Assembly: GCA_963770595.1 (NCBI GenBank) | Contig: CAVYQG010000002.1 | Location: 155,866-219,865, forward strand | From: an uncultured Actinomycetes bacterium | Lineage (GTDB): Bacteria > Actinomycetota > Thermoleophilia > Gaiellales > Gaiellaceae | Direction: 5' to 3' | Length of the DNA: 64,000 nt | Shown here: positions 28,430-36,291 of the stretch, in pieces | How the letters are laid out: each line of letters starts with the position of its first letter | How positions within the stretch are numbered: position 1 is the stretch's first letter | The notes under the pieces: model-generated | Told to the model about the DNA's origin: nothing | The model's input: only the letters and a program-made list of their open reading frames with translations | Database searches by the model: none | Translations under genes and position numbers: made by a program

Positions 28430-28828
28430 CTACGCGGCGTCCGGGCCAAGCCGGAAGGCGAAGCGCTTGCTCAGCACGAAGGAGAGTGGGACGAGGAGCG
28501 TTAGTGCGAGCGCCTGGGCGGGCCTCGGGTCGATCTCGAGGGCCTCGACGAGTCCCGCGAGCAGGACGACCGTGAGGCACGCGACGACCGCGCCGACCGC
28601 GACGTACCGGACGTAGGCGCCCACGAAGCCGTCGCGGGAGAGCCCGAACGTGAAGTAGCGGTTCCCCAGGTACATGGCCGTGTTCGAGACGACGTAGGCG
28701 AGAACCGATGCGGCGAGGTACCAGGTTCCGAGGCCGAACAGCGCGGTGAACGCGAGCACGTTGAGTGCGAAGCCGCCGCTTCCCACGACGACGAACCTGG
28801 CCGGCTGAGCGAGCCGCAACGCCATCAC
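28430..28828 (-). CDS. GtrA family membrane protein
   Basis: RFVVVGSGGFALNVLAFTALF...YVVSNTAMYLGNRYFTF...LSFVLSKRFAF, with four TM segments typical of the GtrA family. Confidence 0.85.
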   Translation of the reverse strand: MMALRLAQPARFVVVGSGGFALNVLAFTALFGLGTWYLAASVLAYVVSNTAMYLGNRYFTFGLSRDGFVGAYVRYVAVGAVVACLTVVLLAGLVEALEIDPRPAQALALTLLVPLSFVLSKRFAFRLGPDAA

Positions 28829-29721
28829 GCGATCGACGGTCGCAGCGCGCGCACGGGCTCCGAGCGCGACGCCTGGCGGAGCGTCCGGTCGAGCAGTGCG
28901 ACCAGGCGGGCGAGCCCCGGGCGAACGCGTGGCTGCACGTGGAGGAGTGCCGGGGTCACGGTCAGGCGAACGTCGCGTCCGGCCTCGGTGAGCGCGAGCG
29001 ACTCGTCGACGGGGAAGAACGGGTCGTGCGGAGACGACGCGAGCTCGACCGGAGCCGTCACGGCGCCGATGCGCGAGAGCGGCGAGAGCTCCTCGACGAG
29101 CGCTCGCGTTTCGGGCGAAAGCGCGGCGTAGAGCTCGTCGAAGCGTGCGGGATCGCGGTTGGCCAGGAGGTCATGGACAGCGGCGTCGTCCGGCGCCGAC
29201 ACGGCGAGCGATCGCGTCGCCGCGCGCGCGAGCAGCGGCGCGGCATCGAAGGGGCGGTCGCCGTAGAAGCCCGTGGTCGCGAGCCGCAGGACGTTCCGGA
29301 GGCTCGCAAAAGGGGCGATCCCCGCCACCGCCGTCACGCGGTCCGCGAGCCTCGGGTCGCCGGCCGCGAGGATCGCGAGCCCGGCTCCCGTCGACGCGCC
29401 GATGAGCGCGACCTCCTGGCTCGCCGCCCGCGCGACCGAGACGAGCGCGTCGATCGTCTCCGGTGTGACCTCGCCTTCGCGCACGCGTGGGAGCTCCGGC
29501 GCGACGGCGACGAAACCTGCGTCGGCGAGTGCGCCGAGGAAGCGCCCGACCGCGGGCTGCTCGACCCCGAGCGGCGTTGCGGCATTCACGTACACGACCA
29601 CCGGCCCAGAGCCGCGTCGGGGCCGCGCGACGAGCGCCTCGACACCTGCGACGTGACCGCGCTCGCACGCGCGAGCGTTGCCGTGCAACGTCGCGGCGAG
29701 AACGGTGAGCGCGCGGATCAC
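28825..29721 (-). CDS. Alpha/beta hydrolase fold protein (dienelactone-hydrolase-like)
   Basis: GTGA overlap with the upstream FAD gene stop (start VIRALTVLAA). VVVYVNAATPLG...ALIGASTGAGLA (nucleophile-elbow-like GxSxG)...SSPHDPFFP. The longer ORF to 29991 is an out-of-frame overlap. Confidence 0.65.
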   Translation of the reverse strand: MIRALTVLAATLHGNARACERGHVAGVEALVARPRRGSGPVVVYVNAATPLGVEQPAVGRFLGALADAGFVAVAPELPRVREGEVTPETIDALVSVARAASQEVALIGASTGAGLAILAAGDPRLADRVTAVAGIAPFASLRNVLRLATTGFYGDRPFDAAPLLARAATRSLAVSAPDDAAVHDLLANRDPARFDELYAALSPETRALVEELSPLSRIGAVTAPVELASSPHDPFFPVDESLALTEAGRDVRLTVTPALLHVQPRVRPGLARLVALLDRTLRQASRSEPVRALRPSIA

Positions 29722-31079
29722 GCGGCCGCCTCGAGCTCGATGGTCGAGCGCAGCCAGCGATACCAGTCGCTCTGGAGGAGCTCGCTCGGGTCGTGCTCGT
29801 GCTTCGCACCCAGGAACTCCGGCAGCTGCGGATAGGCGCCGAGCAGCTGGCGCTGTGTCGCCCAGCGGTGGTACGTGAGGTAGAAGCTCCCACCGCGTTC
29901 GAGCGCGAGGTCGATGAGCCGTCGGAAGGCGACTGCGGCGTGCTCGATCCCCGTCGTCGTGTGCTCGACGTGGAGGTTCAGGACGACGCACGCCCAGGGC
30001 TCACGCGCCCAGGCGAGCAGCGTCTCGTCGTCGCGCTCGATGAGCCGGACGGTGCCGTAGACGACGTCGGCCTCGAGCGCGCGCAGATCGCGTGCGGCCG
30101 CCGCGAGGAAGTCCGCGAGGAGCGGCCGCGGAACGTACAGCTCGGTGATCATCTCGCTCGACCCCGTCCAGTGGTAGCCGGGCACGTAGCGGGCGAGCTG
30201 GTGCCGGTCGGAGAGGTAGACCTGGCCGGACGAGGCGAGGTAGTGGGCCGCGTACAGCTCGTAGGCACGTGCCTTGTCCGAATGGGCCAGATGCAGCAGC
30301 CGGCTCCAGTCCTCGGCGGAGAGCGTGGCCTCGGCGTCGAGCCGCGTCTCGTCGGGGACGGGGCGGTAGCACGAGCAGATCCCGCGCTGGAGGAACCCGG
30401 GCGAGGCAGGGTCGACCTCGAACTGGAAGTCGCCGTAGAGGTAGCCGCCGTCGATCCGTTGCGCGAAGAGCTCCTCGAGCTCGTGCGCGTGGGCGAGGCG
30501 CACCACGCGCTCGACCTTCCGGCGGCGATCGAGCCGAAGGGTGGCCGAGTGAATGACGCCGAAGAGGCCGTAGCCGCCGCAGACGAGGCGGAACAGGTCG
30601 GCGTTCTCGTCGCGTGAGCAGCGCCGCGCGGCGCCGTCCGGCCCCACGACGACGAGGCTCTCGAGGTCGGCGACGAGCGGGCCGTACCCCAGCCCGCGCC
30701 CGTGGGCGTTGGCCGAGACGGCGCCGCCGATGCAGAGGTCGTCCGCACCGGTCTGCTTCTGGCGGATCGCCCAGGGCGTGTCCTCGAGCGCGTCGACGAG
30801 GGCGGGCCACTGGATGCCGGCTTCGACCTCGACCAGCCCGCGCTCCTCGTCGATTGAGAGGACCCGGGACATCGGGCGGGTATCGAGGACGACACCGCCC
30901 GCGCGGAACTGCTGCCCGCCCATGGCGTGGCGCCCGCCGGCGATCGAGACCGGACGGCCGGACGAGCGGGCGAGATCCATGGCCGCGCCGATCGACTCGA
31001 GCGAGTCGACAGGCACGACCGCGCCGACGTCGGTCTCGTTCAGCCGGGAATGGACATCGTTGACGACGACGCCGGTCAT
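29718..31079 (-). CDS. FAD-binding oxidoreductase (PCMH/FAD_binding_4 type)
   Basis: SIAGGRHAMGGQQF...VEVEAGIQWPALV...IGGAVSANAHGRG...DLFRLVCGGYGLFGVIHSATLRL. 453 aa uninterrupted. Confidence 0.85.
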   Translation of the reverse strand: MTGVVVNDVHSRLNETDVGAVVPVDSLESIGAAMDLARSSGRPVSIAGGRHAMGGQQFRAGGVVLDTRPMSRVLSIDEERGLVEVEAGIQWPALVDALEDTPWAIRQKQTGADDLCIGGAVSANAHGRGLGYGPLVADLESLVVVGPDGAARRCSRDENADLFRLVCGGYGLFGVIHSATLRLDRRRKVERVVRLAHAHELEELFAQRIDGGYLYGDFQFEVDPASPGFLQRGICSCYRPVPDETRLDAEATLSAEDWSRLLHLAHSDKARAYELYAAHYLASSGQVYLSDRHQLARYVPGYHWTGSSEMITELYVPRPLLADFLAAAARDLRALEADVVYGTVRLIERDDETLLAWAREPWACVVLNLHVEHTTTGIEHAAVAFRRLIDLALERGGSFYLTYHRWATQRQLLGAYPQLPEFLGAKHEHDPSELLQSDWYRWLRSTIELEAAA

Positions 31080-31264
31080 CGGGGCCTGAGCGTGAGGTCG
31101 AACGGGACGAACGAGAAGAGCGCGAACCAGGCGACGGCGACGGCTGCGAGGGCGACGAGCACGAGGACGACCTCTGCAGTCTTCCGCCCGATCTGACGCG
31201 CGGTCACGGAGCTCGTGAGGGCGCCGTGACGCAACGGATGGGTGCTGTGTGTGGCCATGCCCAC
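31076..31264 (-). CDS. Small single-TM protein, first gene of the FAD/hydrolase/GtrA operon
   Basis: ATGA overlap with the FAD gene start. TM helix VVLVLVALAAVAVAWFALFSFVPF. Confidence 0.4.
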   Translation of the reverse strand: MGMATHSTHPLRHGALTSSVTARQIGRKTAEVVLVLVALAAVAVAWFALFSFVPFDLTLRPR

Positions 31265-31390
31265 GACGCTAGGCCGCAGGGCGAGCCCTGGTAACCGGGC
31301 GCGCTCGGGACTCGTCTCGGGGTTCTCCCCGATCTTCTGACCGGGGCGCGCCCCCTGGTTTGGGCCCGAGCACTATGTGACGATGCGCAT

Positions 31391-33145
31391 GTGAGCGGAA
31401 CCCGCCTCGTTCAGGCAGTTCTCGCGACGACAGGCCTGATCCTCGGTGTCGTCGCGTACCAGAGTCAGGTCAACAATCTCGGCCTCTACACGACGCCTCT
31501 CCGGTCGTTCGCGATCGCCGCAGTGGGCTTGTCGTTCCTCGCCGCCGGCCTCGTGGCGTGGTCGCGGCGCTCGGACAATCGCATGGGGCCGCTGATGATC
31601 GCCGCCGGCTTCGCGCTGCTCCTGCGGCAGCTCCGGTACGGCCACGACCCGGCGGCATTCACGGTGTTCTTCGCGCTCGGAAACCTCGGCTACGCGCTCG
31701 TCGGGCACTCGGTGCTCGCGTATCCGTCGGGGCGCGTCACGGATCGGTACGAGCGGGCACTTGTCCGCGTCGGCTACGCGACGGTGCTCGCGTTCCCGCT
31801 GGCCGTGCTGCTCTTCGTCGACGCGGTGCAGCCGCTCGACGAGTTCCCGACGCCGCGTCGGAGCGCACTGTCCATCTTCGCCGAGGCCGGCGTCGTCGAC
31901 GCGCTCCAGAAGGCGTTCGTGATCGTGTTCTACGGCGTCCTGGCCACGCTCTTCATCGCGCTCGTCGCCCGCCGGCTGGTGCGCGCGACGCGGCGTGAGC
32001 GGCGGATCCTCGCCCCGCTCCTGCTCTTCGCGATCGCGCTCGCGCTCCGGGCAGTGTACGAGTGCGTGTCGACCTTCGTCGACCAGCGACTCGCCTACGA
32101 CTACCTCTTCTGGTGGCAGATCATCGGTTTCATCGCTCTCCCGCTGGCGCTGCTGGCGGGCCTGCTGCGTGCCCGGCTCGCCCGCGTGCACGTGGGCGAG
32201 CTCGTCGTGCATCTCGAGCAGACCCCGGTCGAGGGGATTCGCGACGAGCTCGCCGAGGCGCTCGACGACGAGACCCTCGCGCTGGGCCTCTGGCTTCCGG
32301 AGCGTGGCGAGTACGTCGATGCCGGCGGGCGCGCGCTGGTCGTGCCGGACGACGGCCCGACCAGGGCCGTGACCTGGATCGAGCACGAAGGCGAGCCACT
32401 CGCTGTCCTCGTCCACGATCCCTCGCTGCGCGAGGAGCCGAGGCTCGTCGAGGCTGTTGCCGCGGCGGCCCGTTTCGCGCTCGTGAACGCGCGTCTCCAC
32501 GCCGAGGTGCGTGCACAGCTCGAGACGGTGAAGGAGTCCCGGGCACGGATCGCCACCGCTGCCGACACCGAGCGGCGGCGCATCGAGCGCGACTTGCACG
32601 ACGGTGCGCAGCAGCGGCTCGTCGCGCTCGCGCTCGAGCTCCGGAGCGCGCAGCGCGGGCTCGGCGAGGGCGCGGACCCCGAGCTCGACCTTCTCCTCGC
32701 GTCCACCGCCGACGAGCTCCACGTCGCCGTCGAGGAGCTGCGCTCGCTTGCGCACGGCATTCATCCGGGCGCGCTGACGCAGGCCGGGCTGGCCTCTGCG
32801 CTCGAAGCGCTGGCGGCGCGGGCTCCCATTCCGGTCGCGGTCGATGCGACGACGGAGCGCTTCCCGCCCGAGGTCGAGGTGACCGCCTACTTCGTCGCGA
32901 GCGAAGCGCTGACGAACGTCGTCAAGCATGCGCAGGCGTCGAAGGCCGCCGTCCGCGCCAGCCGTGAGGCCGCGACGCTCGTCATCGAGGTCTCCGACGA
33001 CGGCGTGGGCGGCGCGGCCGCCGACAACGGCTCCGGGCTGCACGGTCTCGCCGACCGCGTCGAGGCGCAAGGCGGTCGGCTCTCGGTCGACAGCGCACGG
33101 GGAGCGGGCACGCGCGTCCGAGGGGAGATTCCGTGCGCGTCGTGA
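31391..33145 (+). CDS. Sensor histidine kinase (HisKA_3 / NarX-DesK type) with polytopic N-terminal sensor
   Basis: Multiple TM helices. ERRRIERDLHDGAQQRLVAL (H box). HATPase motifs SDDGVGG...GSGLHGLADRVEAQGGRL. GACGAT lies 6 nt before the GTG. Confidence 0.88.
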   Translation: MSGTRLVQAVLATTGLILGVVAYQSQVNNLGLYTTPLRSFAIAAVGLSFLAAGLVAWSRRSDNRMGPLMIAAGFALLLRQLRYGHDPAAFTVFFALGNLGYALVGHSVLAYPSGRVTDRYERALVRVGYATVLAFPLAVLLFVDAVQPLDEFPTPRRSALSIFAEAGVVDALQKAFVIVFYGVLATLFIALVARRLVRATRRERRILAPLLLFAIALALRAVYECVSTFVDQRLAYDYLFWWQIIGFIALPLALLAGLLRARLARVHVGELVVHLEQTPVEGIRDELAEALDDETLALGLWLPERGEYVDAGGRALVVPDDGPTRAVTWIEHEGEPLAVLVHDPSLREEPRLVEAVAAAARFALVNARLHAEVRAQLETVKESRARIATAADTERRRIERDLHDGAQQRLVALALELRSAQRGLGEGADPELDLLLASTADELHVAVEELRSLAHGIHPGALTQAGLASALEALAARAPIPVAVDATTERFPPEVEVTAYFVASEALTNVVKHAQASKAAVRASREAATLVIEVSDDGVGGAAADNGSGLHGLADRVEAQGGRLSVDSARGAGTRVRGEIPCAS

Positions 33146-33777
33146 TCGCCGAGGACTCGGTGCTGCTGCGCGAGGGCCTCGCACGGGTGCTCGCCGAGGG
33201 CGGCTTCGAGGTAATCGCTCAGGCGGCGAACGCGGACGAACTCAAGAAGGCAGTGCGCCGCTTCAAGCCGGACGTCGCCGTGGTGGACGTGCGCATGCCC
33301 CCGACGCAGACGGACGAGGGCGCGCAGGCGGCGGTCGAGATCCGCGCCGAGCAGCCCGACGTGGCGGTGCTCCTCCTCTCGCAGGTCGTGGAGGCGACAC
33401 ATGCGCTCGCGCTCGTCAGCGAGAAGCCGGAGGGGTTCGGCTACCTGCTCAAGGACCGCGTGCTCGAGATCGACGACTTCCTCGACGCCGTCTGGCGCGT
33501 GGGAAAGGGCGGGACCGCCATCGACCCGGTGGTCATCGGACAGCTCATCGGTCGCCGTCGGGAGGACGACCCGCTCGACGAGCTGACGGCCCGTGAGCGC
33601 GAGGTGCTCGAGCTCATGGCGCAGGGGCTGTCCAACAAGGGCATCTGCGAGAAGCTCTTCGTGAGCCCGAAGACCGTCGAGACGCACGTGGGCTCGATCT
33701 TCGGGAAGCTCGGTCTCCTGCCGGCACAGGACGAGCACCGCCGCGTGCTGGCGGTGCTCGCATTCCTGCGTTCCTAG
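33133..33777 (+). CDS. Response regulator, NarL/LuxR family
   Basis: REC domain VVIAEDSVLLREG...DVAVVDVRMPP. LuxR HTH LTAREREVLELMAQGLSNKGICEKLFVSPKTVETHV. Overlaps the kinase gene end. Confidence 0.92.
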   Translation: MRVVIAEDSVLLREGLARVLAEGGFEVIAQAANADELKKAVRRFKPDVAVVDVRMPPTQTDEGAQAAVEIRAEQPDVAVLLLSQVVEATHALALVSEKPEGFGYLLKDRVLEIDDFLDAVWRVGKGGTAIDPVVIGQLIGRRREDDPLDELTAREREVLELMAQGLSNKGICEKLFVSPKTVETHVGSIFGKLGLLPAQDEHRRVLAVLAFLRS

Positions 33778-33971
33778 TGAGGTCCGACGTCGAAGCGCAG
33801 CGAGCCGGGGAGCAGTCGGCCGGCGAGGGGCATCGGGGCGGAGACCGCCGCGGAGGCCTCGGGCCGCCAGCTCGGTTCGCAGCCGGCTGCGCGGAAGACG
33901 TCCACCGCGGCAAGGTAGCGCGTGATCTCGTCGATCAGCGTCTTGGTATCGGTGTCGAGCGTCAGGGTCAT
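33774..33971 (-). CDS. Small hypothetical protein (65 aa)
   Basis: Start chosen at ATG 33971 (MTLTLDTDTKTLIDEITRYLAAV...). The heptad promoter places a -10-like GACCAT 6 nt upstream, implying a leaderless transcript. Confidence 0.45.
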   Translation of the reverse strand: MTLTLDTDTKTLIDEITRYLAAVDVFRAAGCEPSWRPEASAAVSAPMPLAGRLLPGSLRFDVGPH

Positions 33972-33977
33972 GGCGGC

Positions 33978-34009
33978 ATGGTCTCCAGCCGCGCTCAAGG
34001 TCGGCTCAA
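33978..34009 (-). promoter_or_regulatory. Type I heptad-repeat promoter (TTGAGCC-N4-TTGAGCG-N8-GACCAT)
   Basis: Heptads at 34003-34009 and 33992-33998; hexamer at 33978-33983. The ATG lies 6 nt downstream. Confidence 0.5.
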
Positions 34010-34012
34010 CGC

Positions 34013-35038
34013 TCACGGCCGTCCGCCTTCGTTCTGGACGCTGAAGCCGAGCCGGCCGACGTCCCGGTTCCCGGCCGTGTCGCTCGCCACCACGACCAGC
34101 TCGTAGTCGCCGTTACGGAGCGCGCTCGTGTCGAAAGTGGAAAGCCTGAACAGGTACCGGCCGGTGAGGAAGCGCTCCTTGCGTCCGGAGAAGACGGGCC
34201 AGTTCTGGTGCGTGCCGCGCGCGAACGTCGTCCAGAAGCCGTCGTTCTTCGGCACGACGCGGCGAACGTCGCGCGCTATCCGCCGACCGACGACGACGCG
34301 CCCCGAGGCGTCCTCGATGCTCCACGCGACGAGTGCCGGGGTGACCGGGAAGCCGTGCCAGCGCCCGGGGACGGGCAGCGCGGGCATGTCGATCGCCTCG
34401 GCCGCGAGGACGACCCGGCCCCGCACGTGCTCCGCTCCGCCCGCGCCGCGAATCGAGACTCCGACGACCTGCGGGACGGTCGAGTCGCGGTACGGCGTCA
34501 GGCGTCCGGAAGCGAGCGGGCTCACGGCGCGATTTCGCTCGAGGTGCGTCAGGTGCACGTGCTCGCGCTTCTGCTGGACGAAGCCGAGGAGGGTCTTGCC
34601 GGCGACGGCGTGCTGTCCCACCCGCGCTGCCGGATCGATGTGCCAGTACTGGAACGAGCGTCCGTTCCCGCAGTCCACGGTAACGCGGCCGCCGCGCGCC
34701 CGGACGACCGTGCCCGAGCTGACGGCGTAGACGGGCGACCCGTCGGGCGCCGAGATGTCGAGGCCCTGGTGGAACGAGAAGCCGCCCCGGCCCTGGAGGA
34801 TCGTTCGCTCCGAGCGCTCACCACGGAACACCGTGCGGGGATCGCCGAACGAGCCCCTGATCGGGTGCGCGCGGTCGAACGGCTTGACGGGCCAGCCGTA
34901 GGCGCCGGTGCAGCCGGTGCCCGTCGAGACCGCCAGTGCGGAGGTCGCGACGGCGAGGCCGAGGAGCGCGATCAGGACGGCGAGCGCGGTCGATGCGACG
35001 AGGGCTCTTGCGGTTGAGGTGGTGCGTGCGGTAGCCAT
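34013..35038 (-). CDS. Secreted M23 family metallopeptidase (paralog 1)
   Basis: Signal MATARTTSTARALVASTALAVLIALLGLAVATSALA. FHQGLDISAP (HxxxD) and EHVHLTH (HxH) motifs. Conserved C-terminal extension shared with paralog 2. Confidence 0.8.
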   Translation of the reverse strand: MATARTTSTARALVASTALAVLIALLGLAVATSALAVSTGTGCTGAYGWPVKPFDRAHPIRGSFGDPRTVFRGERSERTILQGRGGFSFHQGLDISAPDGSPVYAVSSGTVVRARGGRVTVDCGNGRSFQYWHIDPAARVGQHAVAGKTLLGFVQQKREHVHLTHLERNRAVSPLASGRLTPYRDSTVPQVVGVSIRGAGGAEHVRGRVVLAAEAIDMPALPVPGRWHGFPVTPALVAWSIEDASGRVVVGRRIARDVRRVVPKNDGFWTTFARGTHQNWPVFSGRKERFLTGRYLFRLSTFDTSALRNGDYELVVVASDTAGNRDVGRLGFSVQNEGGRP

Positions 35039-35045
35039 GGCCCGC

Positions 35046-35099
35046 ACGCTCGGAGGGGCCCCAAACCGGCCGGCAACCGCCCCCTAACCGCTCGCTAAC
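35046..35099 (-). promoter_or_regulatory. Type II phased-heptad promoter (GTTAGCG / GTTAGGG / GTTGCCG / GTTTGGG -N8- GAGCGT)
   Basis: Heptads at 35093-99, 35082-88, 35071-77 and 35060-66 (11-bp phase). Hexamer at 35046-51, 7 nt before ATG 35038. Confidence 0.55.
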
Positions 35100-35115
35100 G
35101 CCGGCCGGCGGGCGC

Positions 35116-36102
35116 TCAGCGCCCCAGCACGAGCGGAACCCGCCGGGTCGCGGTGTTTCCCCGCGTGTCGCGCACGGAGACCTCGACGAGGTACGCGCCC
35201 CCGCGGAAGCGGGCGACATCGCGGCTGAGGACGACCCTGTACCGGCCCGGTGCCCGGACGTGGTTCTGACTCGTCCCGGGCGCCCACACGTCGTCGAAGG
35301 CCGAGGCGGGCGGGATCGTGAGCCTGACGTCGAGGGCGGTGCTCCAGTCGGAAACCGGCCGGCGCTTCGCGTCGAGCAGGCGCCAGCGGACGAGCGCGGG
35401 CATGACCGGGAGGTCGTGCCACGGCCTCGGAACCGCGAGCGGCGTCTCGTCGTACGCCTCGGCGACCAGGTGCCTGCCGTCGGTGGCGACCGATCCGACG
35501 GTCGGCCTCGTTCGGTCGACGTACGGGCCCAGTGCGCCCGCTCGGAGCGGGTTCAGGTAGCGGCCGTGGCGCATCTCCGAGAAGTGCACGTGCGCGTACG
35601 GGGCCTCGATGTGACCGATCAGGGTCCTGTACGCGACCACCCGCTGGCCGGTCCTCACGGTCGGGACGACGTGCCAGTAGCTGAACTCGGCCCCGTCCGG
35701 CCCGGAGATCAGGACGGTCGTGTCGTGGAGCGGGTGGATCGACGCGGTGCCGGTCAGCGTTGCGTACACGGGCGTCGCGTTCGGCGCGGAGATGTCGACG
35801 CCGAAGTGGAACTGCCTCGACTGCTGGTGGTTCGAGATGCGCGGGTCGCCGAAGAAGCCCCGGACGGGGTGCTGTGCGCGGAACGGCTTGACGGGCCAGG
35901 CGTATGCGTACGGAGCGGCGCTCGCACTCCGCGCCAGGCGTGGAGCTGCGGGGCGGTCGTGCGGTGCGGCGAGCAGGCCCGCTCCCACCGCAGTCTGCGT
36001 GGGCACGAGTTGCGCGGCCATCAGGACGGCGCCCGCGGTGGCGACCGCGGCGCCGGTGAGAACGATCGGCCGAGACGTGAGACGTACGCGTGGAGTCGTC
36101 AT
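35116..36102 (-). CDS. Secreted M23 family metallopeptidase (paralog 2)
   Basis: Start at ATG 36102 (MTTPRVRLTSRPIVLTGAAVATAGAVLMAA). FHFGVDISAP and AHVHFSE motifs. Collinear with paralog 1 throughout. Confidence 0.8.
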   Translation of the reverse strand: MTTPRVRLTSRPIVLTGAAVATAGAVLMAAQLVPTQTAVGAGLLAAPHDRPAAPRLARSASAAPYAYAWPVKPFRAQHPVRGFFGDPRISNHQQSRQFHFGVDISAPNATPVYATLTGTASIHPLHDTTVLISGPDGAEFSYWHVVPTVRTGQRVVAYRTLIGHIEAPYAHVHFSEMRHGRYLNPLRAGALGPYVDRTRPTVGSVATDGRHLVAEAYDETPLAVPRPWHDLPVMPALVRWRLLDAKRRPVSDWSTALDVRLTIPPASAFDDVWAPGTSQNHVRAPGRYRVVLSRDVARFRGGAYLVEVSVRDTRGNTATRRVPLVLGR

Positions 36103-36109
36103 GCCCGGC

Positions 36110-36163
36110 ACGGTCGGAGGGGGCTCCAACCGGCCGGCAATGGCCGACTAACCGGGGGCTAAC
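36110..36163 (-). promoter_or_regulatory. Type II phased-heptad promoter (GTTAGCC / GTTAGTC / ATTGCCG / GTTGGAG -N8- GACCGT)
   Basis: Heptads at 36157-63, 36146-52, 36135-41 and 36124-30. Hexamer at 36110-15, 7 nt before ATG 36102. Confidence 0.55.
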
Positions 36164-36192
36164 GGCCTCCGCCGGTCGGCCGTCCGGACGTC

Positions 36193-36224
36193 TTGAGCAC
36201 GCGTTGAGGGCGGGAGGCTTCGAT
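36193..36224 (+). promoter_or_regulatory. Type I heptad-repeat promoter on the plus strand (TTGAGCA-N4-TTGAGGG-N8-TTCGAT) upstream of the SARP-SIR2 gene
   Basis: Heptads at 36193-99 and 36204-10, an 8-nt gap, hexamer at 36219-24. Same geometry as the five minus-strand type I sites. Confidence 0.5.
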
Positions 36225-36291
36225 CTCCGCAACCCCGAACGGAGGCAGGTTCACGCATGCGGGTCTTTACATCGGTCCGCCGAGCGGTCTA

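Noticed and set aside
28425-28616. Plus-strand ORF with a very good SD (GAGGAGG 8 nt before the ATG), antisense to the GtrA gene.
   Set aside because: It is entirely contained in the clearly genuine GtrA reading frame on the other strand. Its product is Ser/Thr/Ala/Arg-rich with no hydrophobic core or motifs. The SD-like string lies in the AT-richer terminator/promoter spacer and is probably fortuitous.
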